Shown: piece after piece, positions 30,059 through 40,825 of the stretch
Numbering within the stretch: the stretch's first letter is position 1
Layout of the letters: every line of letters begins with the position of its first letter
From: Bacteroidales bacterium
GTDB lineage: Bacteria; Bacteroidota; Bacteroidia; Bacteroidales; VadinHA17
Length of the DNA stretch: 64,000 nt
NCBI GenBank assembly: GCA_024762655.1
Contig: JANTHB010000007.1
Coordinates: 97 to 64,096 of the forward strand
Direction: 5' to 3'
Translations under genes and position numbers: made by a program
Notes under the pieces: model-generated
Databases searched by the model: none
Seen by the model: the letters and a program-made list of their open reading frames with translations, nothing else
Told to the model about the DNA's origin: nothing

Positions 30059-30502
30059 TTAGTCAATATCAGGAAATCGCACGACGTCTTTAACGATAAA
30101 TGCCGTAGGGTATTTTTTCAATATTTGATGGTAAACCTTCAGAGCTTCTCTTTTTGTACGAAAATCACCGATTCTGACTTTAAAGAAAGGGGATTGATAC
30201 AGCACATACACCGGGTATTCCGGAAAGACGGAAAGGAAATCAGCTTTGGTTCTGTCAGCCTGTTCACGGGCGGCCGGGCCGGAATTAAACAGCAACTGGA
30301 TCCGGTAACCGTCAATTCCATTTTTTCTTTTATTTTTATGTATTTGCCGGTTCACCATATCCCGTATCCTCGGATCCTGTCTGACGGTGATCGTTCCGGT
30401 TTGCCATATGTCCATTGGAACAACAGCATTCTCCTGTGCATCAGTCTTCTGCACAAAAAGGAGAGCCGTTGTAAAAAGAATTATAAAATATCCGCCTTTC
30501 AT
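30059..30502 (-). CDS. Exported SPOR-domain protein
   Basis: Signal peptide; GYRIQL...PFFKVRIGDF..AFIV SPOR domain. Confidence 0.85.
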   Translation of the reverse strand: MKGGYFIILFTTALLFVQKTDAQENAVVPMDIWQTGTITVRQDPRIRDMVNRQIHKNKRKNGIDGYRIQLLFNSGPAAREQADRTKADFLSVFPEYPVYVLYQSPFFKVRIGDFRTKREALKVYHQILKKYPTAFIVKDVVRFPDID

Positions 30503-30503
30503 A

Positions 30504-31352
30504 TTAAAATTTAGCATACGAAGGATGGACGCTAAGTACGGGTATGGGTGAATGATTGACCATTTCCTGTGCTTCACTGCTGAGGTACATTCTCATGGGA
30601 TTGCCCCGGTGGTTGCTAACCATGGAAATCAGCTCGGCGCCTGTATGTACAGCATAAGCGATGGTAAGATCGGCGACATTACTGCCTTTAAAAGAATCCC
30701 GGACTGTTTTCACCCCTCTTTTTTCAAGATATTCCGCCGACTGATCGGCATACCTGTTCAGGCGGGCCATCACATCACGTGCGTTGGTTTCCCTGACATC
30801 TATCACATGTACCTCCGCTTTCAAAACCTTGGCCAGTTCGCAGGTAAAAGGCACCTTTACACGGGTATCCTGACGTGCGTCAATGGGCAATACTATTTTT
30901 TTGATTTTTTTCTTGCGAAATCCGTGACGTATGGTCATCACAGGGCAGGGAGCCTTGCAGACCACACGGTAGGCATTGCTACCCACCCAGAACTCTTCAA
31001 ACCCGGAAATCCCGTGCGTCCCCATAACAATCATCAGCGACCTGTCTTTTTCGGCCTGATCGGTAATTCCTTTATAAATTCGTCCGGTGCGGATCATATA
31101 GTCAAAGGTTCCTCCTCCTTTGTATTTGGGTTTATATTTTTTAACAATATCTTCACAAAATTCTTCGGTCGTTTTGGTATACTCCTTGTCTTGGCCCTTA
31201 TCTTTCAGCACAAACGGAAGATCATAATTTTTATCCTTACGTACATGAATGATACGTAAACCCAGATTGAATGCATTTGCCAGATAAATGCCGTGATCCA
31301 AAGCATTCATGGAGTCCTTGGAAAAGTCGACAGGAACAAGTATGTTTTGCAT
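30504..31352 (-). CDS. Universal stress protein (tandem Usp domains)
   Basis: ILVPVDFS, IVMGTHG..GSNA..APCPV, second domain ending SPIPVL. Confidence 0.9.
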   Translation of the reverse strand: MQNILVPVDFSKDSMNALDHGIYLANAFNLGLRIIHVRKDKNYDLPFVLKDKGQDKEYTKTTEEFCEDIVKKYKPKYKGGGTFDYMIRTGRIYKGITDQAEKDRSLMIVMGTHGISGFEEFWVGSNAYRVVCKAPCPVMTIRHGFRKKKIKKIVLPIDARQDTRVKVPFTCELAKVLKAEVHVIDVRETNARDVMARLNRYADQSAEYLEKRGVKTVRDSFKGSNVADLTIAYAVHTGAELISMVSNHRGNPMRMYLSSEAQEMVNHSPIPVLSVHPSYAKF

Positions 31353-31383
31353 AATAATGGAATTTAATGATTAGCCCAGCTAT

Positions 31384-31391
31384 CAAAAGTA
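31384..31391 (-). promoter_or_regulatory. sigmaA -7 box (TACTTTTG) for usp
   Basis: Exact TAnnTTTG about 32 nt upstream of the ATG. Confidence 0.5.
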
Positions 31392-31423
31392 GAAAATAGT
31401 TTTAACAATATCAAAACAAAAAA

Positions 31424-31924
31424 TCATCTAAGTAAAGGAACTTTCTGTTTTCGGTCGAAACGTATTTTTTTCAATATTATTCCCGATCTGATTTGCAGAA
31501 CGCCTCTCATTTCGATCTCTATCCTGCCACCGTGGAACACAGAACCCACCAGCACTTTTCCAATCTTTCCGATGTTTTCATGTTCAACTTTTACCGGCAC
31601 CCGGTAAATTTGTTCTGTGGAAGAGGGGATAACCACCTTCTTTTGGGTGGTTACATTTCCGAGTTTTTCCGTTTCCAGAAAAATATCGGAAGAAAGTTGT
31701 CTGACCACAATTTTACGGGCCGAATGATTTGCTATGGTGATGTCTACATCCAGCAAAACGACTCCTTCGTCAATTTCCCTGACGGCTATTTTTGAGATTT
31801 TGCCGGGTTGTACGTCAATATCCGCACATCCTGTCAGCCCCCATCCCAGGAAAATAACAAACCACAGGGAAACCCCAATGCGGTAAAGGGAAGGGATAGG
31901 CCGGTTCCTGTCAGTAGTCATCAT
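31424..31924 (-). CDS. LEA_2/WHy-like lipoprotein
   Basis: Lipobox LTGC; I.N motif and beta-rich LEA_2-like pattern. Confidence 0.6.
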   Translation of the reverse strand: MMTTDRNRPIPSLYRIGVSLWFVIFLGWGLTGCADIDVQPGKISKIAVREIDEGVVLLDVDITIANHSARKIVVRQLSSDIFLETEKLGNVTTQKKVVIPSSTEQIYRVPVKVEHENIGKIGKVLVGSVFHGGRIEIEMRGVLQIRSGIILKKIRFDRKQKVPLLR

Positions 31925-32670
31925 TCACTTTCTTCCAGGGCCCGCATCAATTCATCGGTCATCTTCAGGTTATGATAAACATTCTGAACATCATCATCCT
32001 CTTCAAAATCTTCCACCAGTTTCAACACCTTCATGGCCTCATCCACTCCCAGGGTTTTCGTCGTCACGGGTATCCGCTGCAGCTCGGCATTCTCGGCCGA
32101 TATACCCATTTCGTCAAGTTTTTTCTGGATGTTCCCGAAGTCCTCCAAAGCACAGGTAACGATCAGGGTGTCTCCCTCATCCTCAATCTCTTCCGCCCCT
32201 GCATCAATCAGCTCCAGCTCAAATTCTTCCGGATCAATATCTCCTTTAGGTATGGTAAAGACCCCTTTTCTTTCAAATACATATTTCAATGATCCGTTGG
32301 TTCCCAGACTACCTCCGCGTTTGGTAAAGATAGACCGGATATTGCTGACCGTACGATTTTTATTGTCGGTTAGACATTCTATAAAAATACCCACACCATG
32401 AGGGGCATATCCTTCAAAAGTCATTTCCTGAAAATTCGCCCCGTCGGTAGAAGCCTTGGAAATAGCCCGTTCGATATTATCCTTGGGCATATTGACCCCT
32501 TTGGCATTCTGAATAGCCAGCCTGAGTCTCGGATTGGCAGACGGATCCGGCCCCCCCTCACGGGTAGCTATCTGCAGTTCTTTTACAATTTTTGAAAAAA
32601 TCTTGGAGCGTTTGGCATCGAGAGCTCCCTTTTTCCTTTTTATAGTTGACCATTTACTGTGTCCTGACAT
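31921..32670 (-). CDS. yebC: YebC/PmpR family protein
   Basis: MSGHSKWSTIKRKK, NMPKDNIERAI, LTDNKNRT, DDDVQNVYHN. Confidence 0.95.
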   Translation of the reverse strand: MSGHSKWSTIKRKKGALDAKRSKIFSKIVKELQIATREGGPDPSANPRLRLAIQNAKGVNMPKDNIERAISKASTDGANFQEMTFEGYAPHGVGIFIECLTDNKNRTVSNIRSIFTKRGGSLGTNGSLKYVFERKGVFTIPKGDIDPEEFELELIDAGAEEIEDEGDTLIVTCALEDFGNIQKKLDEMGISAENAELQRIPVTTKTLGVDEAMKVLKLVEDFEEDDDVQNVYHNLKMTDELMRALEESE

Positions 32671-32746
32671 AATATTCCGTTTTAGTTTTGGCAAAAATAT
32701 AAAATTCCGGCCGCAAATATAAAATCTGCGGGTTCAACCAGTCCCG

Positions 32747-33259
32747 TTATTTAAAATTTACGGTACCGGTAGTCCGGTCGTGATTCAGCATCACTCCTTT
32801 TTCCCTTCCGTTTAGCATCACCTCTACCAGATTTATCTGACCGGGATAAACCTCTGTCAGCAGATCATCATCCACCGTCAGGTGATAAAACTCTCTGTCC
32901 GGAAAAGATTCCAGATAACACCAGGTAACATCATAGGATACCTCTTTCCCCAAATAATGAACCGGGATTTCCTCTCCGTGGATATGTATTTGGAAATGCT
33001 TCATAAGATAAGCAGACAGAAGGGAATCCGAGTCTTCCCGCTCATTTTCTGACCCGAGTTTCAACGTTTTTCCTTCTTCCTGCGACACCGCTTTTTCAAG
33101 ATCATCCGTAAATATTTTCATAACGATCTGCAACTGTGCACTGTCGCGGTTATAACTGATCTGACATAAGCTTACATAAAATTTATGGGCTGAGGCATTC
33201 CCCGCAAATGCAAAGAGAATCAGCATAATAATCCCGCTACATTTGATCTTCTCCTTCAT
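32747..33259 (-). CDS. Exported DUF6702-like protein
   Basis: Signal peptide ending ASA-HKFYVS, IFTDDLE motif; divergent from the M1 peptidase. Confidence 0.65.
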   Translation of the reverse strand: MKEKIKCSGIIMLILFAFAGNASAHKFYVSLCQISYNRDSAQLQIVMKIFTDDLEKAVSQEEGKTLKLGSENEREDSDSLLSAYLMKHFQIHIHGEEIPVHYLGKEVSYDVTWCYLESFPDREFYHLTVDDDLLTEVYPGQINLVEVMLNGREKGVMLNHDRTTGTVNFK

Positions 33260-33310
33260 TCTTATTTACTTTGTGTGTTAAAGTAATAAATTTTATTAAT
33301 ATTTCAGGTA

Positions 33311-35620
33311 ATGTATTTTAAGTATTTTCTTTCGTTTTTGCTTTTCCTTTCCCCTTTTTGCCAGAATTCTTCAAGAGCACAGGAAAACACCAATCATTCT
33401 GCTTTTCGTCAGTTGCATGACGAATTTTCAACGCCCAACTATTACCGGACGGCTTCCGGGGCTCCCGGCCAGGGATACTGGCAACAAAAAGCCGATTATT
33501 CAATCACTGTAACCCTGGATGATCAACACCAAAAGATCTATGGCGAAGAGACGGTTTCTTATCACAACAATTCTCCTGATCCTCTCGATTATCTTTGGAT
33601 ACAACTGGACCAGAACGTACGTGAGCGGAACTCTTTTTCAAAGCAGGTCAGCACCTCTCATATATCCGACCCGATGAGTTTCAGGTCCATGCAACGTCTG
33701 TTCAATGTTTTCGACGGAGGTTTTAAGATCGAATATGTGAAAGATGTTCGGGGAAAAGATCTTCCTTACATTATCAACTATACCATGATGCGCATTGACT
33801 TGCCGCAACCCCTGAAACATGGCGAGACTTATGCCTTTAAAATCAAATGGTGGTACAACATCAATGACCGGGCCAGGATTGGCGGACGCTCCGGTATGGA
33901 GTATTTCCCAAAAGAAGACAACTATATTTATACCATTGCTCAGTTTTATCCCAGAATGGCAGTCTATAATGATTTTGAAGGCTGGCAGAACAAACAGTTT
34001 ATCGGCTCGGGAGAATTCACGCTCACTTTTGGTGATTTTGATGTCAGAATAACCGTGCCCGCCGATCATATTCTGGGAGCTACCGGCTTATTGCAGAATC
34101 CTCAGGACGTGCTGACTACCATGCAAAGAAAACGTCTGGAAAAAGCGCGTCATTCGGATACGCCGGTAATGATCGTTACGGAAAAAGAAGCCCGTGACCG
34201 TGAAAAAACAAAAGATTACTCCCACACGAAAACCTGGCACTTTAAAGCCCGGAACGTAAGGGATTTTGCCTTTGCCACCTCACGAAAGTTTATCTGGGAT
34301 GCCATGGGGGTGCCTTTCGGAAAACGCATTGTCATGGCCATGTCCTATTACCCGAAAGAAGGAAATCCTTTATGGGAACAGTATTCCACCAAAGTGGTGG
34401 CACATACCATCAGGACCTATTCCAAGTACACCTTTGATTTTCCTTATCCCAAAGCGGTTTCGGTACATACAAACCGTATCGGGATGGAATATCCCATGAT
34501 CTGTTTCAATGGGGGCCGTCCCGAACCTGACGGCACGTATTCGGAACGTACCAAATACAGCATGATCAGCGTGATTATCCATGAAGTAGGTCATAATTTC
34601 TTCCCGATGATCGTAAATTCCGATGAAAGACAATGGACCTGGATGGATGAGGGGTTGAACACCTTCCTCCAGGGTATCGCCGAAAGGGAATGGGATCATA
34701 ACTTCCCGCATTGGCGGGGAAATCCGGCAGATATTGTGGACTATATGTCCGGCGATCCCGAAACCATGGTGCCTATTATGACCAATTCGGAGTCCCTGCT
34801 GCAATTTGGTAACAATGCTTATGCCAAGCCGGCCACAGCATTGAATATTCTGCGAGAAACCGTTATGGGACGCGAGTTATTTGATTTTGCCTTCAGACAA
34901 TATGCCCGCAGATGGGAATTTAAACACCCTACCCCCGAAGATTTCTTCCGGACCATGGAAGACGCCTCCGCGGTAGACCTCGACTGGTTCTGGAGAGGAT
35001 GGTTCTACACCACCGACCATGTGGATGTCTCTCTGGATAAGGTGGCCGTCTATCGGATCAATACAAAAAATCCGGATATCGAAAAACCCATCGCCCGGCA
35101 AGAGGCCAAGAACATCCCCGAGCAGATCAGCATCACCCGCAACAGACAATCCCTCAAAACGGCTGTGGAAAGAGACCCTGCACTGAAAGACTTCTATAAC
35201 AGCTACGATAAATATGAAGTCACCCCTCTGGATAAGAAAACCTATGAACGGTATCTCTCATCACTTACCGATGAAGAAAAGAAACTTACAGACAACAAGG
35301 ATTATTTTTACGAACTGACTTTCTCCAATAAAGGCGGACTGGTTATGCCCATCATTCTGGAATTCACGTTCGAAGACCATACCAAAAAACGGATAAAGAT
35401 ACCGGCCGAGATATGGAGAAGAAATAATAAAACCGTTTCCAAAGTCTTTCCTTTTCCCAAAAAGGTGAAACAAATCATCATTGACCCCTTGCAGGAAACT
35501 GCCGACACCGATACAGACAACAATGCATGGCCCCCCCTTGAACATATTAACCGGTTCGAATTGTTCAAATACACTTATCCGCACCGGCCCAATCCCATGC
35601 AACAAAAGATAAAAAAATAA
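33311..35620 (+). CDS. M1-family zinc aminopeptidase (exported)
   Basis: Signal peptide, GMEYP, HEVGH-X18-E (WMDEG), NNAYAKP. Confidence 0.9.
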   Translation: MYFKYFLSFLLFLSPFCQNSSRAQENTNHSAFRQLHDEFSTPNYYRTASGAPGQGYWQQKADYSITVTLDDQHQKIYGEETVSYHNNSPDPLDYLWIQLDQNVRERNSFSKQVSTSHISDPMSFRSMQRLFNVFDGGFKIEYVKDVRGKDLPYIINYTMMRIDLPQPLKHGETYAFKIKWWYNINDRARIGGRSGMEYFPKEDNYIYTIAQFYPRMAVYNDFEGWQNKQFIGSGEFTLTFGDFDVRITVPADHILGATGLLQNPQDVLTTMQRKRLEKARHSDTPVMIVTEKEARDREKTKDYSHTKTWHFKARNVRDFAFATSRKFIWDAMGVPFGKRIVMAMSYYPKEGNPLWEQYSTKVVAHTIRTYSKYTFDFPYPKAVSVHTNRIGMEYPMICFNGGRPEPDGTYSERTKYSMISVIIHEVGHNFFPMIVNSDERQWTWMDEGLNTFLQGIAEREWDHNFPHWRGNPADIVDYMSGDPETMVPIMTNSESLLQFGNNAYAKPATALNILRETVMGRELFDFAFRQYARRWEFKHPTPEDFFRTMEDASAVDLDWFWRGWFYTTDHVDVSLDKVAVYRINTKNPDIEKPIARQEAKNIPEQISITRNRQSLKTAVERDPALKDFYNSYDKYEVTPLDKKTYERYLSSLTDEEKKLTDNKDYFYELTFSNKGGLVMPIILEFTFEDHTKKRIKIPAEIWRRNNKTVSKVFPFPKKVKQIIIDPLQETADTDTDNNAWPPLEHINRFELFKYTYPHRPNPMQQKIKK

Positions 35621-35644
35621 AAAAGCCCCGGCCGGGGCTTTTTT
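35619..35644. terminator. Bidirectional intrinsic terminator
   Basis: AAAAAAGCCCCGGCCGGGGCTTTTTT between convergent genes. Confidence 0.8.
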
Positions 35645-35645
35645 A

Positions 35646-36563
35646 TTAAAAGTTCACTACAAAATCCAGGAACGGGATGCCCAGGAAAATTGTTTTGGAA
35701 ATATCCTTGTTGTTTATAAAGGCAAGATCAATAGCATTTTTCTCGCCCATAAAGCGTATCCCATAAGAAAAGACACTGTAATAACTATTTGACTCACCAA
35801 TCTCCGGAATAAACCAGTTCTCTGATACGAATGCTATCCGCCGGGAGACCCTGGCCATACCCCCCAGGGTAATAACGGGTTTTTTTGCAAAATTCTGATT
35901 TACAAATCCCCATCCCAGTCCGCCGGTAATATTCAGATTGGACGTGCCATACGTGGCAAAACCATTTAAAACACCAAGTCCGGTAAAATCAGAACTGTTA
36001 TCGCCTGAGTGATTAAAGTAATTAACATACAGAACATTACCTCCCGCATAAAAATTATCAAATATTTTGGTGGATATTTTCGGATTCAAATAGAATATAT
36101 AAGGAGCACCCTTGTCCTTCGAGAGTAAAGAAAACAATTCAAACCCTCCTGTAATATCCATGAATTTCAGAGGGGCATAGCTAAATGAATTAAAAAATAT
36201 CCATACATTTTGGTAGGAAGCCATTTTTGCAGGTTTGGGAATGGCCGAACTTCCAATAAGGTATCTGTATGGATTCGGATTTTCAAACCATACTTTCCCC
36301 TTCTTCACATTTACTTCCGAGACTTGTTTGATCGATTTGATTTTGCTCTTTTCAATCGTTATTTTCCCCATGGAAGCAGACTCTACGATGATCGTCTGAT
36401 CATCCTGGGAAACAAAGTTTCCCGAAATTTGAGAACCATCCTGCAATGTAATTTGCAAGACCGTACCGGGTGTATAAGTAACTTCTTTTTGTGCCAGGCA
36501 ACTTTCAGTTGGATAAAGAAAAATGCCTGTAAAAACCAACATGAAAAACCATAACTTTTTCAT
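35646..36563 (-). CDS. Hypothetical outer-membrane protein (small N-terminal beta domain plus putative barrel)
   Basis: Signal peptide, amphipathic beta strands, C-terminal Phe (DFVVNF). Confidence 0.65.
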   Translation of the reverse strand: MKKLWFFMLVFTGIFLYPTESCLAQKEVTYTPGTVLQITLQDGSQISGNFVSQDDQTIIVESASMGKITIEKSKIKSIKQVSEVNVKKGKVWFENPNPYRYLIGSSAIPKPAKMASYQNVWIFFNSFSYAPLKFMDITGGFELFSLLSKDKGAPYIFYLNPKISTKIFDNFYAGGNVLYVNYFNHSGDNSSDFTGLGVLNGFATYGTSNLNITGGLGWGFVNQNFAKKPVITLGGMARVSRRIAFVSENWFIPEIGESNSYYSVFSYGIRFMGEKNAIDLAFINNKDISKTIFLGIPFLDFVVNF

Positions 36564-36668
36564 TGAATTAACTTTTAGTTAACAATCAAAAACAACGGTT
36601 TTTACGATCTTAACAGCCAATAAGTTACGAATAAAAACAGAAAAACAGTAAATTTCTTAAGAATATTT

Positions 36669-37001
36669 CTACAAACAACTCTTAAAAGTGTTTTCCCCCG
36701 TACCCAGAACATTCTCCAGGTGGAGCAATCGTACCAGTTCCGTCACTTCCGGTAAAACATGTACCAGCTCAAAATCAAACCGGCATTTTTCCGCCTCTCT
36801 TGCCATATTCACCAGAAAATCAAATCCGGCACTGTCAATAAAGTGAATCCGTTCCAGATCAATCGTGATCTGAAGTCCTTCCTTCTCTGGTATCTTTGAC
36901 ATCTCTTTTCGCATTTCCCGGGCAACAAGAAAACTGAAACGTTTCTCTTCCGGAAAAGAAAACACCAGATGATTCTCACTGATAAAATCTCTCCTTATCA
37001 T
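36669..37001 (-). CDS. STAS-domain anti-sigma-factor antagonist
   Basis: IDLERIHFIDSAGF phosphoserine motif, 110 aa. Confidence 0.8.
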   Translation of the reverse strand: MIRRDFISENHLVFSFPEEKRFSFLVAREMRKEMSKIPEKEGLQITIDLERIHFIDSAGFDFLVNMAREAEKCRFDFELVHVLPEVTELVRLLHLENVLGTGENTFKSCL

Positions 37002-37093
37002 GGTAAAATAGAAAATTTAAACGCGACGAAAATAATGATTGATTATTACGTAAATCTTAAGAAAAAGTTATTTTTTTCAACAATTATCATGAT

Positions 37094-38842
37094 TTATTCA
37101 CGAAAACGCAGATTTAGCTCATCCAATTGTTTCTGTGAAATAAAATTTGGAGCGTCAGCCATCATATCCCGGCCGGCATTATTTTTCGGGAAAGCGATAT
37201 AATCGCGTATCGATTCCGTATTTCCAAACAGGGCTGCCAGCCGGTCCAGGCCAAAAGCAATCCCTCCGTGAGGTGGAGCACCATATCGAAGGGCTTCCAG
37301 CAAAAAACCGAATTGCGAGACCGTCTCTTCGTCGGAAAATCCCAGGAGTTTCAGCATCCTGTCCTGGAGTGCCGAATCATGTATACGTATGGATCCTCCC
37401 CCGATTTCCACGCCGTTTATAACCAGATCGTAAGCGTTGGCCCGGACCTGTTCCGGATGGTTCTCCAGCAAAGATACATCTTCGGGCAGGGGAGATGTAA
37501 AGGGATGATGCATGGCCTGGTAGCGATTTTCATCTTCATTCCATTCCAATAAAGGAAAATCCACTACCCATAAAGGAGCATATTTGCCTTTTTTACGCAG
37601 GCCCAGCCGATTCGCCATTTCCAGGCGCAATTCGGACAAAGCAAACAGGGTCCTTGATTTTTCCCCCGAAAGGATCAATAAAAGATCTCCCTTTTTCGCT
37701 CCGGCGCGTTCTCCCCAACCCTTCAGTTCATCAACAGAAAAGAATTTATCTACCGAAGATTTGACAGAACCGTCTTCCTGAAACTTCACATAGACCATTC
37801 CTCCGGCAGCAATCTGCGGCCGCTTCACAAATTCCGTAAGCTGGTCCAGCTGCTTTCTCGAATAACCGGCACACTCCGGTACGCATATACCCCCGATATA
37901 TTCAGCCGTATCGAATACGCGAAACCCCTTTCCTCCGGCCTCCGCCGTAAGATCCGTAATCTCCAGTCCAAACCGGATATCCGGTTTGTCGGTACCGTAT
38001 CTTTCCAGGGCTTCCCGGTAAGTCATCCGGGGAAAAACTCCATTGTATTTTATCTGTAGGATCGCATCCAGTAAGTAAACGATCAATCCTTCAAAGAGGT
38101 TAAGAACGTCTTCTCTCTCCACAAAAGACATCTCACAATCGATCTGGGTAAATTCCGGCTGACGGTCAGCGCGCAGATCCTCGTCCCTGAAACATTTCAC
38201 CAGCTGAAAATACTTATCAAATCCCGAGATCATCAGTAACTGCTTGAATATCTGCGGAGATTGCGGCAATGCGTAGAATTGATGTTTGTGGATACGGGAG
38301 GGGACCACAAAATCACGTGCTCCTTCCGGGGAAGATTTGATCAACGCAGGTGTTTCTATCTCCAGAAAATCAGCTATATCCAGATAATGCCTGACTTTCT
38401 GCGCAAGACGATGCCGAAGGATGAGGTTTTTCTTCAGAGGCTCCCGCCGTAAGTCCAGATACCTGTATTTCATCCGTATCTCCTCCCCGCCGTCCGTATC
38501 TTCTTCGATCGTAAAGGGGGGTAATTCCGACCTGTTAAGAACCTCTATGGCCCTAACCTCAATCTCAATATCTCCGGTGGGCAGGTTTTTATTTTTATTG
38601 CTTCTTTCCCTGACAGCCCCATCAATCCGTACCACATCTTCCCGTCCCAGTTTCCTTGCTTCTTCACACAGCGATGCATCCTGATCCATATTAAATACTA
38701 ACTGTGTGATCCCGTACCGGTCACGCAGATCAATAAACGTCATGCCCCCCAGATCCCGCGATCTTTGAATCCAGCCAGACAGGACCACTTGTTTGCCGGC
38801 ATCTTTCAATCTTAACTCACCACAATTGTGTGTACGGTACAT
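37094..38842 (-). CDS. aspS: Aspartate--tRNA ligase
   Basis: [49 protein letters not shown]. Confidence 0.97.
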   Translation of the reverse strand: MYRTHNCGELRLKDAGKQVVLSGWIQRSRDLGGMTFIDLRDRYGITQLVFNMDQDASLCEEARKLGREDVVRIDGAVRERSNKNKNLPTGDIEIEVRAIEVLNRSELPPFTIEEDTDGGEEIRMKYRYLDLRREPLKKNLILRHRLAQKVRHYLDIADFLEIETPALIKSSPEGARDFVVPSRIHKHQFYALPQSPQIFKQLLMISGFDKYFQLVKCFRDEDLRADRQPEFTQIDCEMSFVEREDVLNLFEGLIVYLLDAILQIKYNGVFPRMTYREALERYGTDKPDIRFGLEITDLTAEAGGKGFRVFDTAEYIGGICVPECAGYSRKQLDQLTEFVKRPQIAAGGMVYVKFQEDGSVKSSVDKFFSVDELKGWGERAGAKKGDLLLILSGEKSRTLFALSELRLEMANRLGLRKKGKYAPLWVVDFPLLEWNEDENRYQAMHHPFTSPLPEDVSLLENHPEQVRANAYDLVINGVEIGGGSIRIHDSALQDRMLKLLGFSDEETVSQFGFLLEALRYGAPPHGGIAFGLDRLAALFGNTESIRDYIAFPKNNAGRDMMADAPNFISQKQLDELNLRFRE

Positions 38843-38941
38843 AGTAGAAAAATTTTGGCAAAAATACATAAAATAATCACGGTGAATATTCTCTTTGCCC
38901 CGGTTTTTTTTCATCTTTACTCATCTTTTTTATTTTATACC

Positions 38942-39415
38942 ATGAAAGAAGACATGATTCTTGATGATACCTATTTTATGAAGCAGGCTTTGAAAGAAGC
39001 ACGGAAAGCATTGGAAGCGGGAGAAATCCCTATAGGGGCGGTGATTACGTGCAATGACACCATCGTAGCCCGCAGTTTTAACCAGGTGGAGATGCTGCAT
39101 GATCCCACAGCCCATGCCGAAATACTGGCCATAACGGCAGCGACACATCACCTGGGAGGGAAATACCTGGACAAATGCACCCTGTATGTTACCGTCGAAC
39201 CTTGTCCAATGTGTGCCGGAGCCCTTTTCTGGACCCGGATCGGCCGTGTTGTTTTTGGCGCCGGGGATGAAAAAAGAGGATTCCTGAAATATCACCCGGG
39301 AATCATGCATCCACGGACAATAATAAAACACGGAATTCTGGAAAATGAAGCAAAAACGCTGATGGAGTCCTTTTTTAATACAAAAAGAAAGAATGATAAT
39401 AACCCGTCTGTATAA
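38942..39415 (+). CDS. tadA: tRNA adenosine(34) deaminase
   Basis: GEIPIGAV, HAE, EPCPMC. Confidence 0.9.
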   Translation: MKEDMILDDTYFMKQALKEARKALEAGEIPIGAVITCNDTIVARSFNQVEMLHDPTAHAEILAITAATHHLGGKYLDKCTLYVTVEPCPMCAGALFWTRIGRVVFGAGDEKRGFLKYHPGIMHPRTIIKHGILENEAKTLMESFFNTKRKNDNNPSV

Positions 39416-39428
39416 AATATAAATTCAT

Positions 39429-39436
39429 TAACTTTG
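39429..39436 (+). promoter_or_regulatory. sigmaA -7 box (TAACTTTG)
   Basis: Exact TAnnTTTG upstream of the 39490 ORF. Confidence 0.5.
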
Positions 39437-39489
39437 TTATATTATCAGCATCCCATATCGCACATTGCATTCAAAAAAACACAATAATA

Positions 39490-40197
39490 ATGAAAACGAA
39501 ATCAGTCATATTCATTCTGCTTTTTATCGGGTTCCCGGTCCTGTCCTTCGGGCAGATCTATTCCACACCCAATACCAACCCCAAGATCATAGAAATGATG
39601 CACCGCTCTTTGGTCGTAGAAAAGGATGCGTACATAAAAGTCTATGGAGATCCTTTTGTTGATAAAGACTTCGAAAAAGGGATTATTGTTTTCAAGGATT
39701 CTTCCAGGGCCAGGGACATACCCCTCCGTTTGAACACCTATTCCGACAACATTGAACTGGATGTGAACGACACCGTTAAAGTGCTCTCCCCCCCTGACAT
39801 CATTGACCATGTCGAGTTTGGACACCGGCAGTTCATATACTCCCGTTTCAAGGAAGGAGCTTTTCATAAAAACGGGTTTTTTGAAGTGCTGGCACAGGGG
39901 AATTGCAAACTGTTACTTCGACGGGAAAGTATCATAAAAAGAGAACAGCTTCCCGCCAGCAATTATGAAGGAGGCAATTACAGGGATTATTTCCGTACAG
40001 CCCAAACCTACTATATTAAAAAAGGAAACAATCCGGCTATAAGAATATCCAAAAGCAAAAAAAGCATTCTGAATGCACTGGGGGATCATAAAAGCGAACT
40101 GGGAAAATATATCAAGGATCACCACCTGAAACTTTCAAAAGAGGATGACCTTATAGACCTTATCTATTATTACAATTCACTGACAAGCGGAAAATAA
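39490..40197 (+). CDS. Exported hypothetical protein
   Basis: Signal peptide (SFG-Q), 235-aa ORF, C-terminal DLIDLIYYYNSL. Confidence 0.75.
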   Translation: MKTKSVIFILLFIGFPVLSFGQIYSTPNTNPKIIEMMHRSLVVEKDAYIKVYGDPFVDKDFEKGIIVFKDSSRARDIPLRLNTYSDNIELDVNDTVKVLSPPDIIDHVEFGHRQFIYSRFKEGAFHKNGFFEVLAQGNCKLLLRRESIIKREQLPASNYEGGNYRDYFRTAQTYYIKKGNNPAIRISKSKKSILNALGDHKSELGKYIKDHHLKLSKEDDLIDLIYYYNSLTSGK

Positions 40198-40248
40198 GCT
40201 TCCCCGTATCGGCTGTTTTTCCATATAAAAAATAAATCTTCCGGTAAG

Positions 40249-40743
40249 ATGACCATTGAAAACAAACATTTGCATATCCTCACCTGGCTGGTTCATCTGA
40301 TCAGTACCATCCTCTATGTTTTCATTGTTTATTCTATTTACCTGACCCGTTTTTACGAAAAGCTGACCCCGGAAATCCCGAAGGATTATTACACGGTTTT
40401 TTTTGGAATTATTTACATTGCCGCACTGCTATATCCATCGGTTTTAAAATACCATTATATTTATTATTCTGATGACGGTGATAAAATCATCATCAAGATC
40501 TATCCCATTGGATTTTTTTCCTCGTCGAAAAAAACTTATCATATACCCAAGAAGGATTTTGTCAGGGCAGAGATCAAAGAAAGTTTTTTTCATCTTCGCA
40601 AAGCCTTGTTCATCTACCAAAATATAAACAACAGGACCGCCAAGTATCCTCCCATTTATCTTAACGGGCTCCCCAAAGAAGATCAGAAAAAAATAATGAT
40701 ATCCCTTTCCAGGATGATGGCATCGAAAGGGGCTGTTGTATAA
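40249..40743 (+). CDS. Hypothetical two-TM membrane protein
   Basis: 164-aa ORF with two hydrophobic helices and a soluble C-terminal domain. Confidence 0.7.
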   Translation: MTIENKHLHILTWLVHLISTILYVFIVYSIYLTRFYEKLTPEIPKDYYTVFFGIIYIAALLYPSVLKYHYIYYSDDGDKIIIKIYPIGFFSSSKKTYHIPKKDFVRAEIKESFFHLRKALFIYQNINNRTAKYPPIYLNGLPKEDQKKIMISLSRMMASKGAVV

Positions 40744-40792
40744 CAGACTGGAAATATGAAAAAAATCATATTTTTTGGGAAATACGAATCCC

Positions 40793-40800
40793 TAGCTTTG
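40793..40800 (+). promoter_or_regulatory. sigmaA -7 box (TAGCTTTG) for gdhB
   Basis: Exact TAnnTTTG 26 nt upstream of the ATG. Confidence 0.55.
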
Positions 40801-40825
40801 CGCCAAATTTAAAATTTAACCGATC

